Assembly (NCBI GenBank): GCA_963726785.1
Contig: CAVSDJ010000007.1
Coordinates: forward strand, 2,484,615 to 2,548,614
Length of the DNA stretch: 64,000 nt
Reading direction: 5' to 3'
Origin: Blastocatellia bacterium
Lineage (GTDB): Bacteria; Acidobacteriota; Blastocatellia; UBA7656
Shown: positions 51,424 to 60,370 of the stretch, piece by piece
Numbering within the stretch: the stretch's first letter is position 1
Layout: the number at the start of each line of letters is the position of its first letter
Notes under the pieces: generated by a model
What the model saw: the letters and a program-made list of their open reading frames with translations, nothing else
The model's database searches: none
Told to the model about the DNA's origin: nothing
Made by a program: the position numbers and the translations under genes

Positions 51424-51972
51424 ATGGCACGAATAGAAGGCGTGAACCCGGAGGAAGTCGAACCCTACATCAAGAAAGTCTTCGAGGCGCAAACGAAAAA
51501 GTGGGGAGCGCCGCTCTTAAATCATCTGATTTACGCGCGACGGCCTTCGATATTTCGCGGCGCTCGCGGAATGTGGACAGGCATTGGCTCTTCTGCATTG
51601 ATTGACGAGCGGCTTCAAGCCTTAATCAACCGTCGCGTCGCTTCGATCAATGGTTGTGTGTTCTGACAGGACATCAATGCTGCCGTCGGCAGCGAACTCG
51701 GAGTCTCGGACGAAAAAATTTGTGCGTTGCCGGACTATGCTACAAGCCCGCTCTACAGCGAAGCCGAGCGAGTCGCGCTTTTCTATGCAGACGCTATGAC
51801 GATCACCGGGCGAGAAGTGAGCGATGAAATGTTTGCTCGATTGCGAGAGTTTTACAACGATGACCAGCTTGTTGAATTGACCGCTATCATCGCGTGGGAG
51901 AACGCTTCGAGCAAATTCAACCGCGCTCTGCGCGTGCCTTCGCAGCAGTTGTGGAAACGCGAGGACAAATGA
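51424..51972 (+). CDS. AhpD/carboxymuconolactone decarboxylase family selenoprotein (CxxU; Sec at TGA 51664-51666)
   Basis: ORFs 51424-51666 and 51727-51972 are in one frame separated only by TGA at the second position of NGCVF-U; SECIS-like hairpin follows; stop overlaps next ATG. Confidence 0.85.
51679..51693 (+). ncRNA. putative bacterial SECIS element
   Basis: GCTGCC-GTC-GGCAGC hairpin 12 nt after UGA, loop starting with GU. Confidence 0.65.
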
Positions 51973-52394
51973 GCAAAAGAATACTTTTGGCAGAAGCGGA
52001 TCACGAGATTCAAAGTTGTTATCAGGTGATGGCAGAACTCAGACCTCACGTGCCACCGGACGAGTTCCTGCTGAGAGTCAAACGTCAGGCTGAAATTGCA
52101 GGTTATAAATTAGCTTATCTCGTGGATGGAGAAGTCAAAGCGGTTGCCGGATTCAGAATTTCCGAGTGTTTGGCGTGGGGCAAATTTCTGTGGGTGGATG
52201 ATATTGTCGCTAAAAGCGATGATAGATCGAAAGGCTATGGCGGAGCTTTATTCGATTTCCTGGTTGATTATGCGAGGAAAGAACGATGCGAGCAGTTTCA
52301 CTTAGACTCTGCCGTGCAGAGATTTGATGCTCACAGGTTCTACTTGAACAAAAGAATGAGCATAGCCGCTCATCATTTCGGTTTAAGGTTGTAG
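51969..52394 (+). CDS. GNAT family N-acetyltransferase
   Basis: VDDIV....RSKGYGG, HLDS, AHRFY. Confidence 0.9.
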   Translation: MSKRILLAEADHEIQSCYQVMAELRPHVPPDEFLLRVKRQAEIAGYKLAYLVDGEVKAVAGFRISECLAWGKFLWVDDIVAKSDDRSKGYGGALFDFLVDYARKERCEQFHLDSAVQRFDAHRFYLNKRMSIAAHHFGLRL

Positions 52395-52395
52395 T

Positions 52396-53901
52396 TTACT
52401 TCCTGCCACGCGCGATGGCGCGCAAGACGGTCGAGAGCTTTCTGACGCCGACGCGAATCTGTCGCTCGTCGTATCCTGCGTAGCCTAGCAACAATCCGCC
52501 GCGCGTTCGATGTTTGATGCTGAATGAAGACAACGCCTGCGCTTCGACTCCCTCGCCCGCAGCCGCTTCCGATGCCTTGCGATCATCTATGCCATCGGCA
52601 AGCCATCCGACGAGGTGAATACCTGCTTCGTGCGGGTTGACTTCAAGCAAGTCGTCCATCTCGCGCCGCGTAGTTTCAACCAGCACAGCTTGCCGCTCCG
52701 CATACAGCGTTCGCATTCGACGAATGTGGCGCGCGAAGTGGCCTTCATTTATGAAGTCTGCGAGCACCGCCTGATCTATCGAAGGCGTGAAGCGACTGAG
52801 CACGCCGCGCGCGGCTGCGAACGCATCTACCATATCAGGCGGGACTACCATGTAACCCACGCGGAGCGAAGGGAAGAGGACTTTGCTGAACGTGCCGAGA
52901 TAGATCACGCGGCCTTCCTGATCAAGCCCTTGAAGCGCCGCAAGCGGGCGGCCCGCGTAGCGATATTCGCTGTCATAATCGTCTTCGATTATCCACGCGC
53001 CAGCACGGTTGGCCCATTCGAGAAGAGCGAGCCTGCGCGCAAGGCTCATCGTCACGCCGAGCGGGTATTGATGCGAAGGCGAAACGTAAACCAGGCGCGC
53101 ATCGGGCGCACGCGCTTCTCCTGCTGCTACGTCGAGCCCTTCTCCATCCACAGGCACTGGAATCAATCGCGCCCCTGCGCCGATGAAGGCGGCGCGCGTG
53201 CCGAGATAGCCGGGGTCTTCTATCCACGCAGCGTCGTCGGGGCCGAGCAACAATCGCGAAACCAGATCGAGCGCCTGCTGCGCGCCTGCGACTATGATCA
53301 CTTGATCGGGTTCGCAATTGACGGCTCGCGCTGCGCCAAGGTACGAAGCGATTGCTTCGCGCAGCGCTTTGTACCCGGCTGAATTGCTGTAGCCCAAAAG
53401 CTCTCGCGGCGGATTACGCCAGCGCCGAGCAAGTAGCCGCGACCACACCTCTGATGGGAAAGCATCGAGCGCGGGTGTGCCCGGTCGAAACGCGCGCACC
53501 GCTATCGAACTGTATGAAGCATTGACCGCAGCCCTGGCCAGAGCCGCGCCTCGCTCTGAAAGCACTCGCCCCTTTCGAGAAAGGCGGAGCGCGCGCGAGC
53601 GAGAAGCCGGAATGTAAAGCATGTCGTCAGGCAGTGCTCGCGAAACGTAAGTGCCTGACCCGATCTGCCCTTCAAGATAGCCTTCGGCCAGTAGTTGCTC
53701 GAATGCGTTCATCACCGTGTTGCGCGAAACGCCAAGCTCAGTGGCAAGCTCGCGCGTGGATTGAAGCCGCGTGCCGGGTCTGAGTTGGCCTGCCAGAATA
53801 GCACCGCGCAACCAATCATAAAGCTGGCGATAGAGCGGGTCGGGAGAAGAGCTATCGAGCGAAACTGTGGTGAATGAAACGGCTATCGAGTGTTTAGACA
53901 T
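52396..53901 (-). CDS. MocR/PdxR family PLP-dependent GntR regulator
   Basis: PLYRQLY, STRELA..LGVSRNTV, SHQYPLG, EDDYDSEY, GTFSK. Confidence 0.95.
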   Translation of the reverse strand: MSKHSIAVSFTTVSLDSSSPDPLYRQLYDWLRGAILAGQLRPGTRLQSTRELATELGVSRNTVMNAFEQLLAEGYLEGQIGSGTYVSRALPDDMLYIPASRSRALRLSRKGRVLSERGAALARAAVNASYSSIAVRAFRPGTPALDAFPSEVWSRLLARRWRNPPRELLGYSNSAGYKALREAIASYLGAARAVNCEPDQVIIVAGAQQALDLVSRLLLGPDDAAWIEDPGYLGTRAAFIGAGARLIPVPVDGEGLDVAAGEARAPDARLVYVSPSHQYPLGVTMSLARRLALLEWANRAGAWIIEDDYDSEYRYAGRPLAALQGLDQEGRVIYLGTFSKVLFPSLRVGYMVVPPDMVDAFAAARGVLSRFTPSIDQAVLADFINEGHFARHIRRMRTLYAERQAVLVETTRREMDDLLEVNPHEAGIHLVGWLADGIDDRKASEAAAGEGVEAQALSSFSIKHRTRGGLLLGYAGYDERQIRVGVRKLSTVLRAIARGRK

Positions 53902-53916
53902 CGCGGCCCTCGTGAA

Positions 53917-53966
53917 AATTGGCACTATCAATATACGCCATAATGGAACTTGTTTCCATGCCAATT
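53917..53966. promoter_or_regulatory. putative MocR operator (direct + inverted TGG/CCA repeats)
   Basis: AATTGGCAC ... AATGGAAC ... GCCAATT in the divergent intergenic region. Confidence 0.45.
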
Positions 53967-54015
53967 CCTGTTAGAGTTAGACTGGAAAAGATATTGTGAT
54001 TGGGAGTGATGCTCA

Positions 54016-54723
54016 ATGGAAAGACTCGCACAAACTGAGCGAACTACGCTGAAACGATTGCCTAAACGCGCAGAATATGACCGCGCGCGGGTTTACGAAA
54101 TTCTCGACGAAGCGTTCATCTGTCACGTCGGCTTCGTCGTTGACGGCCAGCCTTTCGTGATTCCTACAGGCTATGCGCGAATGGGGGATTGTTTGTACAT
54201 TCACGGTTCGGCGGCAAGCCGTATGCTTCGGGCGTTAGGTCAGGGCATAGAAGTTTGCGTGACTGTGACACTGCTTGACGGGCTGGTGCTGGCGCGCTCG
54301 GCGTTTCATCACTCGGTCAATTACCGTTCGGTCATGGTGTTCGGTCAAGCGACGGTTGTTGAAGAGGCGGAAGAAAAAATGGAAGCGCTGCGCGCATTCA
54401 CCGAGCACGTTGTGCCGGGACGATGGGCAGAGGTTCGCTGGCCCAACGAGAGCGAGATGAAAGCGACAACCGTATTAGCTTTGCAGCTCACGGAAGCTTC
54501 GGCAAAGATTCGCACAGGCCCGCCGATTGATGACGAAGAAGATTACGAGATCGATGTGTGGGCGGGCGTGCTCCCGCTTCGACTTGTAGCGGATGATGCG
54601 ATCAAAGATGACCGTCTGAGATCAGGTATAAGCTTGCCGAATTATGTGCGCCAGTATCGCAGGCCCGCAGATCATCGAAAGGAGGCGCAAGCGGATGTCG
54701 TTAGAGATGAGGTGCGTTTGTGA
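54016..54723 (+). CDS. pyridoxamine 5'-phosphate oxidase-like flavin-binding protein
   Basis: YIHGSAASRM, DGLVLARSAFHHSVNYRS, SAKIRTGPP. Confidence 0.9.
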   Translation: MERLAQTERTTLKRLPKRAEYDRARVYEILDEAFICHVGFVVDGQPFVIPTGYARMGDCLYIHGSAASRMLRALGQGIEVCVTVTLLDGLVLARSAFHHSVNYRSVMVFGQATVVEEAEEKMEALRAFTEHVVPGRWAEVRWPNESEMKATTVLALQLTEASAKIRTGPPIDDEEDYEIDVWAGVLPLRLVADDAIKDDRLRSGISLPNYVRQYRRPADHRKEAQADVVRDEVRL

Positions 54724-54907
54724 AAGATGTTTGAAGACGCTAGCGATGGATGGCGAAGCATACATCTGCTCTTACGAGTGCACGTTCTGCCGCACTTGCA
54801 CACAAGAGATGGATTCTGTCTGCCCTAACTGCAAAGGCAAACTGGTCGAGCGCCCGCGCCGCGTGTCTAGCGAAGTGGAGGCAGGGCTGTCCCTGCCCGA
54901 ACCGTGA
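54695..54907 (+). CDS. DUF1272 family small Cys-rich protein
   Basis: LEMR..CERC, AYICSYECTFC, CPNC.G.LV.RPRR; AGGAGG RBS. Confidence 0.85.
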   Translation: MSLEMRCVCERCLKTLAMDGEAYICSYECTFCRTCTQEMDSVCPNCKGKLVERPRRVSSEVEAGLSLPEP

Positions 54908-54995
54908 AGCGGTGACAGAATTATGATTCAGCAATCTTCAAATCAATCATTGCCTTCGGCAACGGGCAGGGACGCCTGCGCTCCCAGGAAAAAGA

Positions 54996-55271
54996 TTAAC
55001 CGCCCGCGATAGCAGGGACTATCGAAACCTCTGCGCGCTCAGGAACTCGCGTTGACAGGTTATCCAGAAAGCGCACGTCTTCGCCGTCAATGTAGATGTT
55101 GATGAATCGGCGAAGCTGGCCTCCGTCTTCGCACACGCGCGCGCGAAATCCGGGATAACGCTCGTCCAATCGATCTAAAATATCTTTCACGGTTTCAGCC
55201 TCGACCTCTACCGCATCGGCGTTCTCTGTCAACCTGCGCAGCAACGTTGGAATGATTACTTTGTGTGACAT
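54996..55271 (-). CDS. MoaD/ThiS family sulfur carrier protein
   Basis: IPT.LR, RRFINIY..GEDVRF, C-terminal PAIAGG. Confidence 0.92.
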   Translation of the reverse strand: MSHKVIIPTLLRRLTENADAVEVEAETVKDILDRLDERYPGFRARVCEDGGQLRRFINIYIDGEDVRFLDNLSTRVPERAEVSIVPAIAGG

Positions 55272-55300
55272 CTCGTTTCTCCTTTCAATAAGCCACATTT

Positions 55301-56539
55301 CTACGCCTTAGCCGCAAGCCCCGTGATCGCCTGCTCGAACTGTTTCAGTCGAGGCTCGATTGCGACAGGCGGCGCAAGCTCTATTGCTTCTTGAGTCTTC
55401 AATCCGTTTCCGGTGATGGCAATCACAGTTAAATCGTCAGGCTTGATGCGGCCCTGCTCGATGAGCTTTCTGGTCACGGCGACGGTCACGCCGCCCGCCG
55501 TTTCTGTGAAGACGCCTTCGGTCTCGGCCAGCAAACGGATGCCTGCGACGATCTCTTCATCCGTCACGTCTTCGGCCCAGCCGCCGCTTTCTGCGATCAC
55601 ACCAGCCGCAAGATAGCCGTCAGCCGGATTGCCTATGGCGAGCGACTTTGCAATCGTTGCGGGTTTGAGCGGACGAATGTCGCGCGCACCTCGCTTCACC
55701 GCATCAACTATCGGGTTACACCCCGCAGCTTGCGCGCCGTAAACACGTGTGTGAACCTCATCTTCGAGAAGCCCGAGTTGTTCGAGTTCTTTCAGCCCTT
55801 TGTGAATCTTCGTAATTAGCGAGCCGCCAGCCATCGGCACAATCACGGCATCGGGCGCGCGCCATCCGAGTTGTTCGGCTATTTCATAACCGAAAGTCTT
55901 CGAGCCTTCGCCGTAATACGGCCTGAGATTTACGTTGACGAATCCCCAGGGGAATCGGTCGGCTATCTCGCTGCACAGCCGGTTCACGTCGTCGTAGTTG
56001 CCGCGCACAGCGATGACGCGCGCGCCATAAACAGATGTAGCGTTGATCTTGCTGCGCTCCAGGTTTTCAGGAATCAAGACGTAAGCGGGCAGTCCTGCCG
56101 CCGCCGCGTTGGCCGCGACAGAGTTTGCGAGGTTGCCCGTCGAAGCGCAGCCGACAGCTTCGAGCTTGAACTCGATTGCTTTATTGATGGCGACAGCCGT
56201 CACGCGATCTTTGAATGAAAGCGTCGGGGCGTTGACGCTGTCGTTTTTGATGTAGAGATTGCCTGCGCCGAGCGCGCGTGCGAGTCGGTCTGCGCGAATT
56301 AACGGAGTCGCTCCGCTCGTGCGGCCTACGGTCGGCTCCGTATCGAGCGGCAGAAGTTCGCGGTATCGCCACAGAGTCTTTTCGCGCGACTCGATCACTT
56401 CGCGCGACAACACGCGCGCTATTGCGTCGTAATCGTAAGCGACCTCAAGCGGCGCGAAGCAGTCTTCGCAACCGGCTATAAGGCTCTTGGGGTAAAAGCG
56501 TCCGCACTCGCGGCATTTCAATCCTTTTACATGACTCAT
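55301..56539 (-). CDS. thrC: threonine synthase-like PLP enzyme (possibly a sulfhydrylase)
   Basis: N-terminal CxxC..Cxx[35 protein letters not shown]. Confidence 0.85.
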   Translation of the reverse strand: MSHVKGLKCRECGRFYPKSLIAGCEDCFAPLEVAYDYDAIARVLSREVIESREKTLWRYRELLPLDTEPTVGRTSGATPLIRADRLARALGAGNLYIKNDSVNAPTLSFKDRVTAVAINKAIEFKLEAVGCASTGNLANSVAANAAAAGLPAYVLIPENLERSKINATSVYGARVIAVRGNYDDVNRLCSEIADRFPWGFVNVNLRPYYGEGSKTFGYEIAEQLGWRAPDAVIVPMAGGSLITKIHKGLKELEQLGLLEDEVHTRVYGAQAAGCNPIVDAVKRGARDIRPLKPATIAKSLAIGNPADGYLAAGVIAESGGWAEDVTDEEIVAGIRLLAETEGVFTETAGGVTVAVTRKLIEQGRIKPDDLTVIAITGNGLKTQEAIELAPPVAIEPRLKQFEQAITGLAAKA

Positions 56540-56590
56540 TTGTTCACCTCCGGGTTCATGGTTAATCGGATACAGCCACGGGCAGCAGGG

Positions 56591-56628
56591 AAAAGAAAAG
56601 GCCCCGCGCCAACTAGCGCGGGGCCTTT
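56591..56628 (-). terminator. intrinsic terminator of riboswitch 2
   Basis: AAAGGCCCCGCGC-N6-GCGCGGGGCCTTTTCTTTT on minus strand. Confidence 0.8.
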
Positions 56629-56640
56629 CAAATCCTTCCG

Positions 56641-56689
56641 GGCTGTTTAGCAGTTTTTAACGTGGAGCAAGTTGCCTAAATCGCCACGT
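56641..56689 (-). ncRNA. SAM-II-type riboswitch, downstream copy
   Basis: ACGTGGCGATTTAGGCAACTTGCTCCACGTTAAAAACTGCTAAAC resembles the SAM-II pattern CGUGG.GAUUU...UUGC..CCACGU.AAA...GCUAAA. Confidence 0.78.
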
Positions 56690-56712
56690 ATCAGTTGTTG
56701 AAAGAGCAAAAT

Positions 56713-56744
56713 AAAAACCCTGCGCCAAATCAGCGCAGGGTTTT
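56713..56744 (-). terminator. intrinsic terminator of riboswitch 1
   Basis: AAAACCCTGCGC-N7-GCGCAGGGTTTTT on minus strand. Confidence 0.8.
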
Positions 56745-56755
56745 GAAAATCCTTT

Positions 56756-56806
56756 CGCGATTTAGCACATATTTAACGTGGAGCAAGTTGCCTTAAATCA
56801 CCACGT
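56756..56806 (-). ncRNA. SAM-II-type riboswitch, upstream copy
   Basis: ACGTGGTGATTTAAGGCAACTTGCTCCACGTTAAATATGTGCTAAATCG. Confidence 0.78.
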
Positions 56807-56823
56807 CCGTTTTCGGATGCTTC

Positions 56824-56853
56824 AAGGTACATCCAATGAGCTTCCGATGTCAA
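56824..56853 (-). promoter_or_regulatory. putative sigma70 promoter for riboswitch-thrC-moaD
   Basis: TTGACA-N18-TACCTT just upstream of aptamer 1. Confidence 0.55.
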
Positions 56854-56870
56854 TTGAAAAGTGAAACCAG

Positions 56871-56942
56871 CGATGAACACAGATGAAACATTTCACGGAT
56901 AGAAGCAATTCGCGAATTCAAATGTTTCATCTGTGTTCATCG
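56871..56942. repeat. palindrome (CGATGAACACAGATGAAACATTT...AAATGTTTCATCTGTGTTCATCG)
   Basis: 23-bp perfect inverted arms. Confidence 0.8.
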
Positions 56943-56948
56943 GCAATC

Positions 56949-57164
56949 TCATTCACACCCGATCTTCAGATGTTTCTGGTCTTTGCTGACATGCTCATAG
57001 GTTATTGCTTCGGGATTGAAAGAGATGCTCGAATCAAATTCGCGCAGGTCGCGAGCGAAAGCGCGCACCGAATCGGCCACGAATGCGTGGAACTCCTGCT
57101 CGCTTGAATAACGCCCCTTGTAACGCAGCAGATGAGCCATCAAGTCTCCATATTCTTTCTTCAT
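56949..57164 (-). CDS. small hypothetical protein (71 aa), probably sigma54-dependent
   Basis: GAAAGGAG RBS; sigma54 motif upstream. Confidence 0.65.
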   Translation of the reverse strand: MKKEYGDLMAHLLRYKGRYSSEQEFHAFVADSVRAFARDLREFDSSISFNPEAITYEHVSKDQKHLKIGCE

Positions 57165-57283
57165 TGTGTCGCTCCTTTCCTGACAAGCTGGTTTATTGAT
57201 AATCGTGAGCCTCGTCGAAGATAGTTATTAACTTAAGCGCTTCATACAGAGGGCTCAAATGATTATTTCGCCTCTGCCTTACG

Positions 57284-57297
57284 GCAAGCTTTATGCC
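57284..57297 (-). promoter_or_regulatory. sigma54 (-24/-12) promoter
   Basis: GGCATAAAGCTTGC = GG-N10-GC. Confidence 0.7.
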
Positions 57298-57382
57298 GGG
57301 CGGCGCAGGAATTGTCGGAATGGATTAAAACGCGTGAACAAAAACTTTCCGGTTCGGCCAGTTCATTGCCGCAAAAAAGCAA

Positions 57383-57426
57383 TCTGACAAATTTGTCGGA
57401 GAATGATAGAGCACGAACAAATTTGT
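57383..57426. promoter_or_regulatory. putative enhancer (UAS) pair ACAAATTTGT x2
   Basis: GACAAATTTGTC at 57386-57397 and ACAAATTTGT at 57417-57426, ~100 bp upstream of the sigma54 promoter. Confidence 0.55.
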
Positions 57427-57452
57427 ATTTTGAAATTGATCGCAGAAAGCAG

Positions 57453-59030
57453 CTAACGGAAGCGGGCGCAATCTATGGCGTATTTTTTTACTTTGTAGCC
57501 GAGTATCCGCTCGGTCGTGTCCAGTAATTTTGCCGCGCGGGCGCGGTTGCCTCGCGCAGTCTTGAGCGCATCCAGAATCAAATCTTTCTCGTAAGCTTCG
57601 ACCGCCGTGACAAGCGACAATCTGGTTACTGTGCCGCTTGATGAAGCTGTCTGCAAAGTCGGTGGCAGGTGATGCCCGTGTATGACGTTCCCGTCGCAGA
57701 CAAGCGCCGCGCGCTCGATGCAGTTTTCAAGCTCGCGCACGTTGCCCGGCCAGTGATAAGCCGTCAGCATGTCAATCGCAGGAGTCGAGATGCGCTTGAT
57801 GTTCTTGCCGTGCTCGTGCGAGTACTTCTCAAGGAAATGATCCGCCAGCAGCAACACATCGGGCTTTCGCTCTCTGAGCGGCGGCACGAATATGGTAAAA
57901 ACGTTGAGCCTGTAAAACAGGTCTTCGCGGAACGCGCCCTCGGTGATAGCTTTTTCCAATTCTTTGTTCGTAGCCACGATCAGCCTGACGTTGATCTTCA
58001 CGGTTTCGATGCCGCCCAATCGCTCGAACTCGCGCTCTTGCAACACGCGCAGCAGCTTCACCTGAGTCGAAAGATTCAAGTCGCCTATCTCATCCAAAAA
58101 CAGAGTGCCGCCTTCGGCCAAGTCGAAGCGACCTTTTTTGCGAGCCTGCGCTCCGGTGAACGCCCCCTTCTCGTAGCCGAAAAGTTCCGACTCGATCAAT
58201 GTTTCTGGCAGCGCGGCGCAGCTAACCTTGATCAACGGCTTGTTGGCTCTCGGCGAGTTGTAGTGAATAGAATGAGCGATCAACTCTTTGCCCGTTCCCG
58301 AATCGCCGCGTATCAACACGGTCGTGTTAGTGCGCGCGACCTGCGCGACTTGCTCGTAGACCAGACGCATCGGGCCACTGTTGCCTACTATGTTCGTGAA
58401 ATCGTATCGTTCTTTGAGTTCTTGCCGCAGGTGAATGTTCTCGTCCAACAAGCGTTGTCGCTCGGCTTCGACCGAACGCTGAACCTTGACCGCTTGAGCG
58501 ATCATCGAAGCTATCACGCGCAGAAAGCGGACCGTGCGATCATAATCGCGGTCTTTCTTGAAACGCAGGTCAATTCCGATAGCTCCTACGGACTTGCGAT
58601 TGAGAATGATCGGCACGCATACAAAAGTCAGCTCCTGCCTGCCCAGTTCTTTGCGCTGCGCCGCGCGATTCAAGAACAAGGGCTCGCGGCTGACCTGCGG
58701 CACGACTATATGTTTGCCGCTTTCGACAACGCGCCCCGTGATCCCTTCGCCAATCTTGTAGCGAGCGCGTTGCCCATCGGCTGTGATCCCGTTGGCCGCC
58801 TCTATGTGAAGCTCATCCGAATCATCGTGGAGCAAGGTCACAGTGCTGCGAATCATTCCGTGATGTTGTTCAAGTATCTCCAGCACGCGATGAAGCGCCG
58901 CCCTCAGATTGAGCGTAGTAGAAAGCGCCTGGCTCACATCGAGCAATGTGGTTAGCTTCCTTATTTCGCCTGTCTTGTCTGTCATTTGCAATCCTGATTT
59001 AGATAACGCAATCCCGGTCAGAGACTGCAT
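57453..59030 (-). CDS. sigma54-dependent activator, NifA-like (GAF-AAA+-HTH)
   Basis: GAF (GEGITG), [37 protein letters not shown], Fis-type HTH. Confidence 0.93.
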   Translation of the reverse strand: MQSLTGIALSKSGLQMTDKTGEIRKLTTLLDVSQALSTTLNLRAALHRVLEILEQHHGMIRSTVTLLHDDSDELHIEAANGITADGQRARYKIGEGITGRVVESGKHIVVPQVSREPLFLNRAAQRKELGRQELTFVCVPIILNRKSVGAIGIDLRFKKDRDYDRTVRFLRVIASMIAQAVKVQRSVEAERQRLLDENIHLRQELKERYDFTNIVGNSGPMRLVYEQVAQVARTNTTVLIRGDSGTGKELIAHSIHYNSPRANKPLIKVSCAALPETLIESELFGYEKGAFTGAQARKKGRFDLAEGGTLFLDEIGDLNLSTQVKLLRVLQEREFERLGGIETVKINVRLIVATNKELEKAITEGAFREDLFYRLNVFTIFVPPLRERKPDVLLLADHFLEKYSHEHGKNIKRISTPAIDMLTAYHWPGNVRELENCIERAALVCDGNVIHGHHLPPTLQTASSSGTVTRLSLVTAVEAYEKDLILDALKTARGNRARAAKLLDTTERILGYKVKKYAIDCARFR

Positions 59031-59145
59031 TGGCTTTCCTACAAAAACGGTACCGTGCTCTTATTTATTCGACATAATTGTATGCAGGCAAAAGAAAGGT
59101 CAGTCAACCCTTAATGGGCAAAAACTCGATCCTTGCGGAATATGT

Positions 59146-59205
59146 CAGTAGCCCGCGCGTAAGCAAGGGCTAAGACTTGCGCCCTTGCTTACGCGCGGGC
59201 TACCG
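59146..59205. repeat. REP-like palindrome (CAGTAGCCCGCGCGTAAGCAAGGGC...)
   Basis: Inverted repeat with GTAG end, related to 2834 and 63486 copies. Confidence 0.8.
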
Positions 59206-59348
59206 ATTCCGGAGCAAGCGAACTTTGCAAGCTGGATTACCGTATCACTTAACGAATAAATTACGTTTGCGAGCATGGTTTTTACAAAAAAGTGATTGAC
59301 TCAGTGATAGGCCGGGTGTTATACCATTAGCGACAAAGGATCTCTTTA

Positions 59349-59453
59349 ATGTTTATGAACCGCGCGATGTGTTGTATGTATTGCATCTGTTGTAGCGCGC
59401 CAGTGGCGCGCCGCGCGGAGCCTAAAGTGGAGATCCATCAGTGTAATACATAA
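59349..59453 (+). CDS. Cys/Met-rich leader peptide MFMNRAMCCMYCICCSAPVARRAEPKVEIHQCNT
   Basis: Manual translation; AAGGA RBS; followed by terminator and cys operon. Confidence 0.8.
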   Translation: MFMNRAMCCMYCICCSAPVARRAEPKVEIHQCNT

Positions 59454-59482
59454 GCGCTGAATCAAATTTAGAGTTCTCGGAT

Positions 59483-59525
59483 AACCCACCACAGGCACCG
59501 CGCCTCTGGTGGGTTTTTCGTTTTT
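59483..59525 (+). terminator. attenuator terminator of cys operon leader
   Basis: AACCCACCA.AGGC-ACCGC-GCCT.TGGTGGGTT followed by T tracts. Confidence 0.8.
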
Positions 59526-59542
59526 GGGCAGTTCGAGATGCT

Positions 59543-60370
59543 ATGAATGATCGGGCGGGAAAAATCGGAAAGATTTATTTGATCGGCGCAGGGCCGGGCG
59601 ACCCGAAACTGCTCACGATCAAGGCAGCCGAGTGCATAGCCGCTGCTGACGTGATCGTTTACGATTATCTGGTTAACCCGGAAGTGTTAGCGCATGCTCG
59701 GCGCGGCGCAGAGTTGATCTACGCGGGCAAACGCGCGGGCGAGCCTTCTGTTTCGCAATCCGAGATCAATCGCATAATCATCGAACAGGCTCAGGCGGGC
59801 CGCGTAGTCGCGCGGCTCAAAGGCGGCGACCCGTTCATATTTGGTCGCGGCGGCGAAGAGGCCGAAGCGCTCGTTCAGGCAGGCATCGAATGGGAAGTCA
59901 TACCGGGCATATCTTCGGGCGTAGCCGCTGCCGCATACTGTGGCATCCCTCTCACCCATCGCAATTACGCTTCGAGCGTTGCATTTTTCACAGGCCACGA
60001 TAATCCCAACAAAAACAGGCAAGCCGTTAACTGGCGGGTCGCCGGAAACGCTGCCGATACGCTTGTGATTTTCATGTGCGCTGAAACTATCGCAAAGATC
60101 GCGCGCGAACTCATAAATGGTGGCCGCGCGCCTCAGACGCCTATAGCCATCATCCGATGGGGAACCTACGAGCATCAGGAAATCTATTCAGGCTCGCTCG
60201 AAGAGATTGCGGCGGGCGAAATTGAGCGAATGCGCATCGAGCCGCCAGCCATCGCGATTGTCGGCGACGTTGTGTCGCTCAAAGACAAACTGCACTGGTT
60301 CGGCAATCCGGCGCTTGAATATTCGCTCGAAGAACTCGCCTGTGAAGGTTTAATCGGAGGAATCAAGTGA
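59543..60370 (+). CDS. cobA: uroporphyrinogen-III C-methyltransferase
   Basis: LIGAGPGDP.LLT, RLKGGDPFIFGRGGEE, IPLTHR. Confidence 0.95.
   Translation: MNDRAGKIGKIYLIGAGPGDPKLLTIKAAECIAAADVIVYDYLVNPEVLAHARRGAELIYAGKRAGEPSVSQSEINRIIIEQAQAGRVVARLKGGDPFIFGRGGEEAEALVQAGIEWEVIPGISSGVAAAAYCGIPLTHRNYASSVAFFTGHDNPNKNRQAVNWRVAGNAADTLVIFMCAETIAKIARELINGGRAPQTPIAIIRWGTYEHQEIYSGSLEEIAAGEIERMRIEPPAIAIVGDVVSLKDKLHWFGNPALEYSLEELACEGLIGGIK

Noticed and set aside
56641-56806. Repeated TTTAACGTGGAGCAAGTTGCC as a mini CRISPR array
   Set aside because: Only two copies and no cas genes; better explained as tandem riboswitch aptamers.
57453-59030. Calling the activator nifA (nitrogen fixation)
   Set aside because: No nif genes in the window; the GAF-AAA-HTH architecture is shared by many activators.
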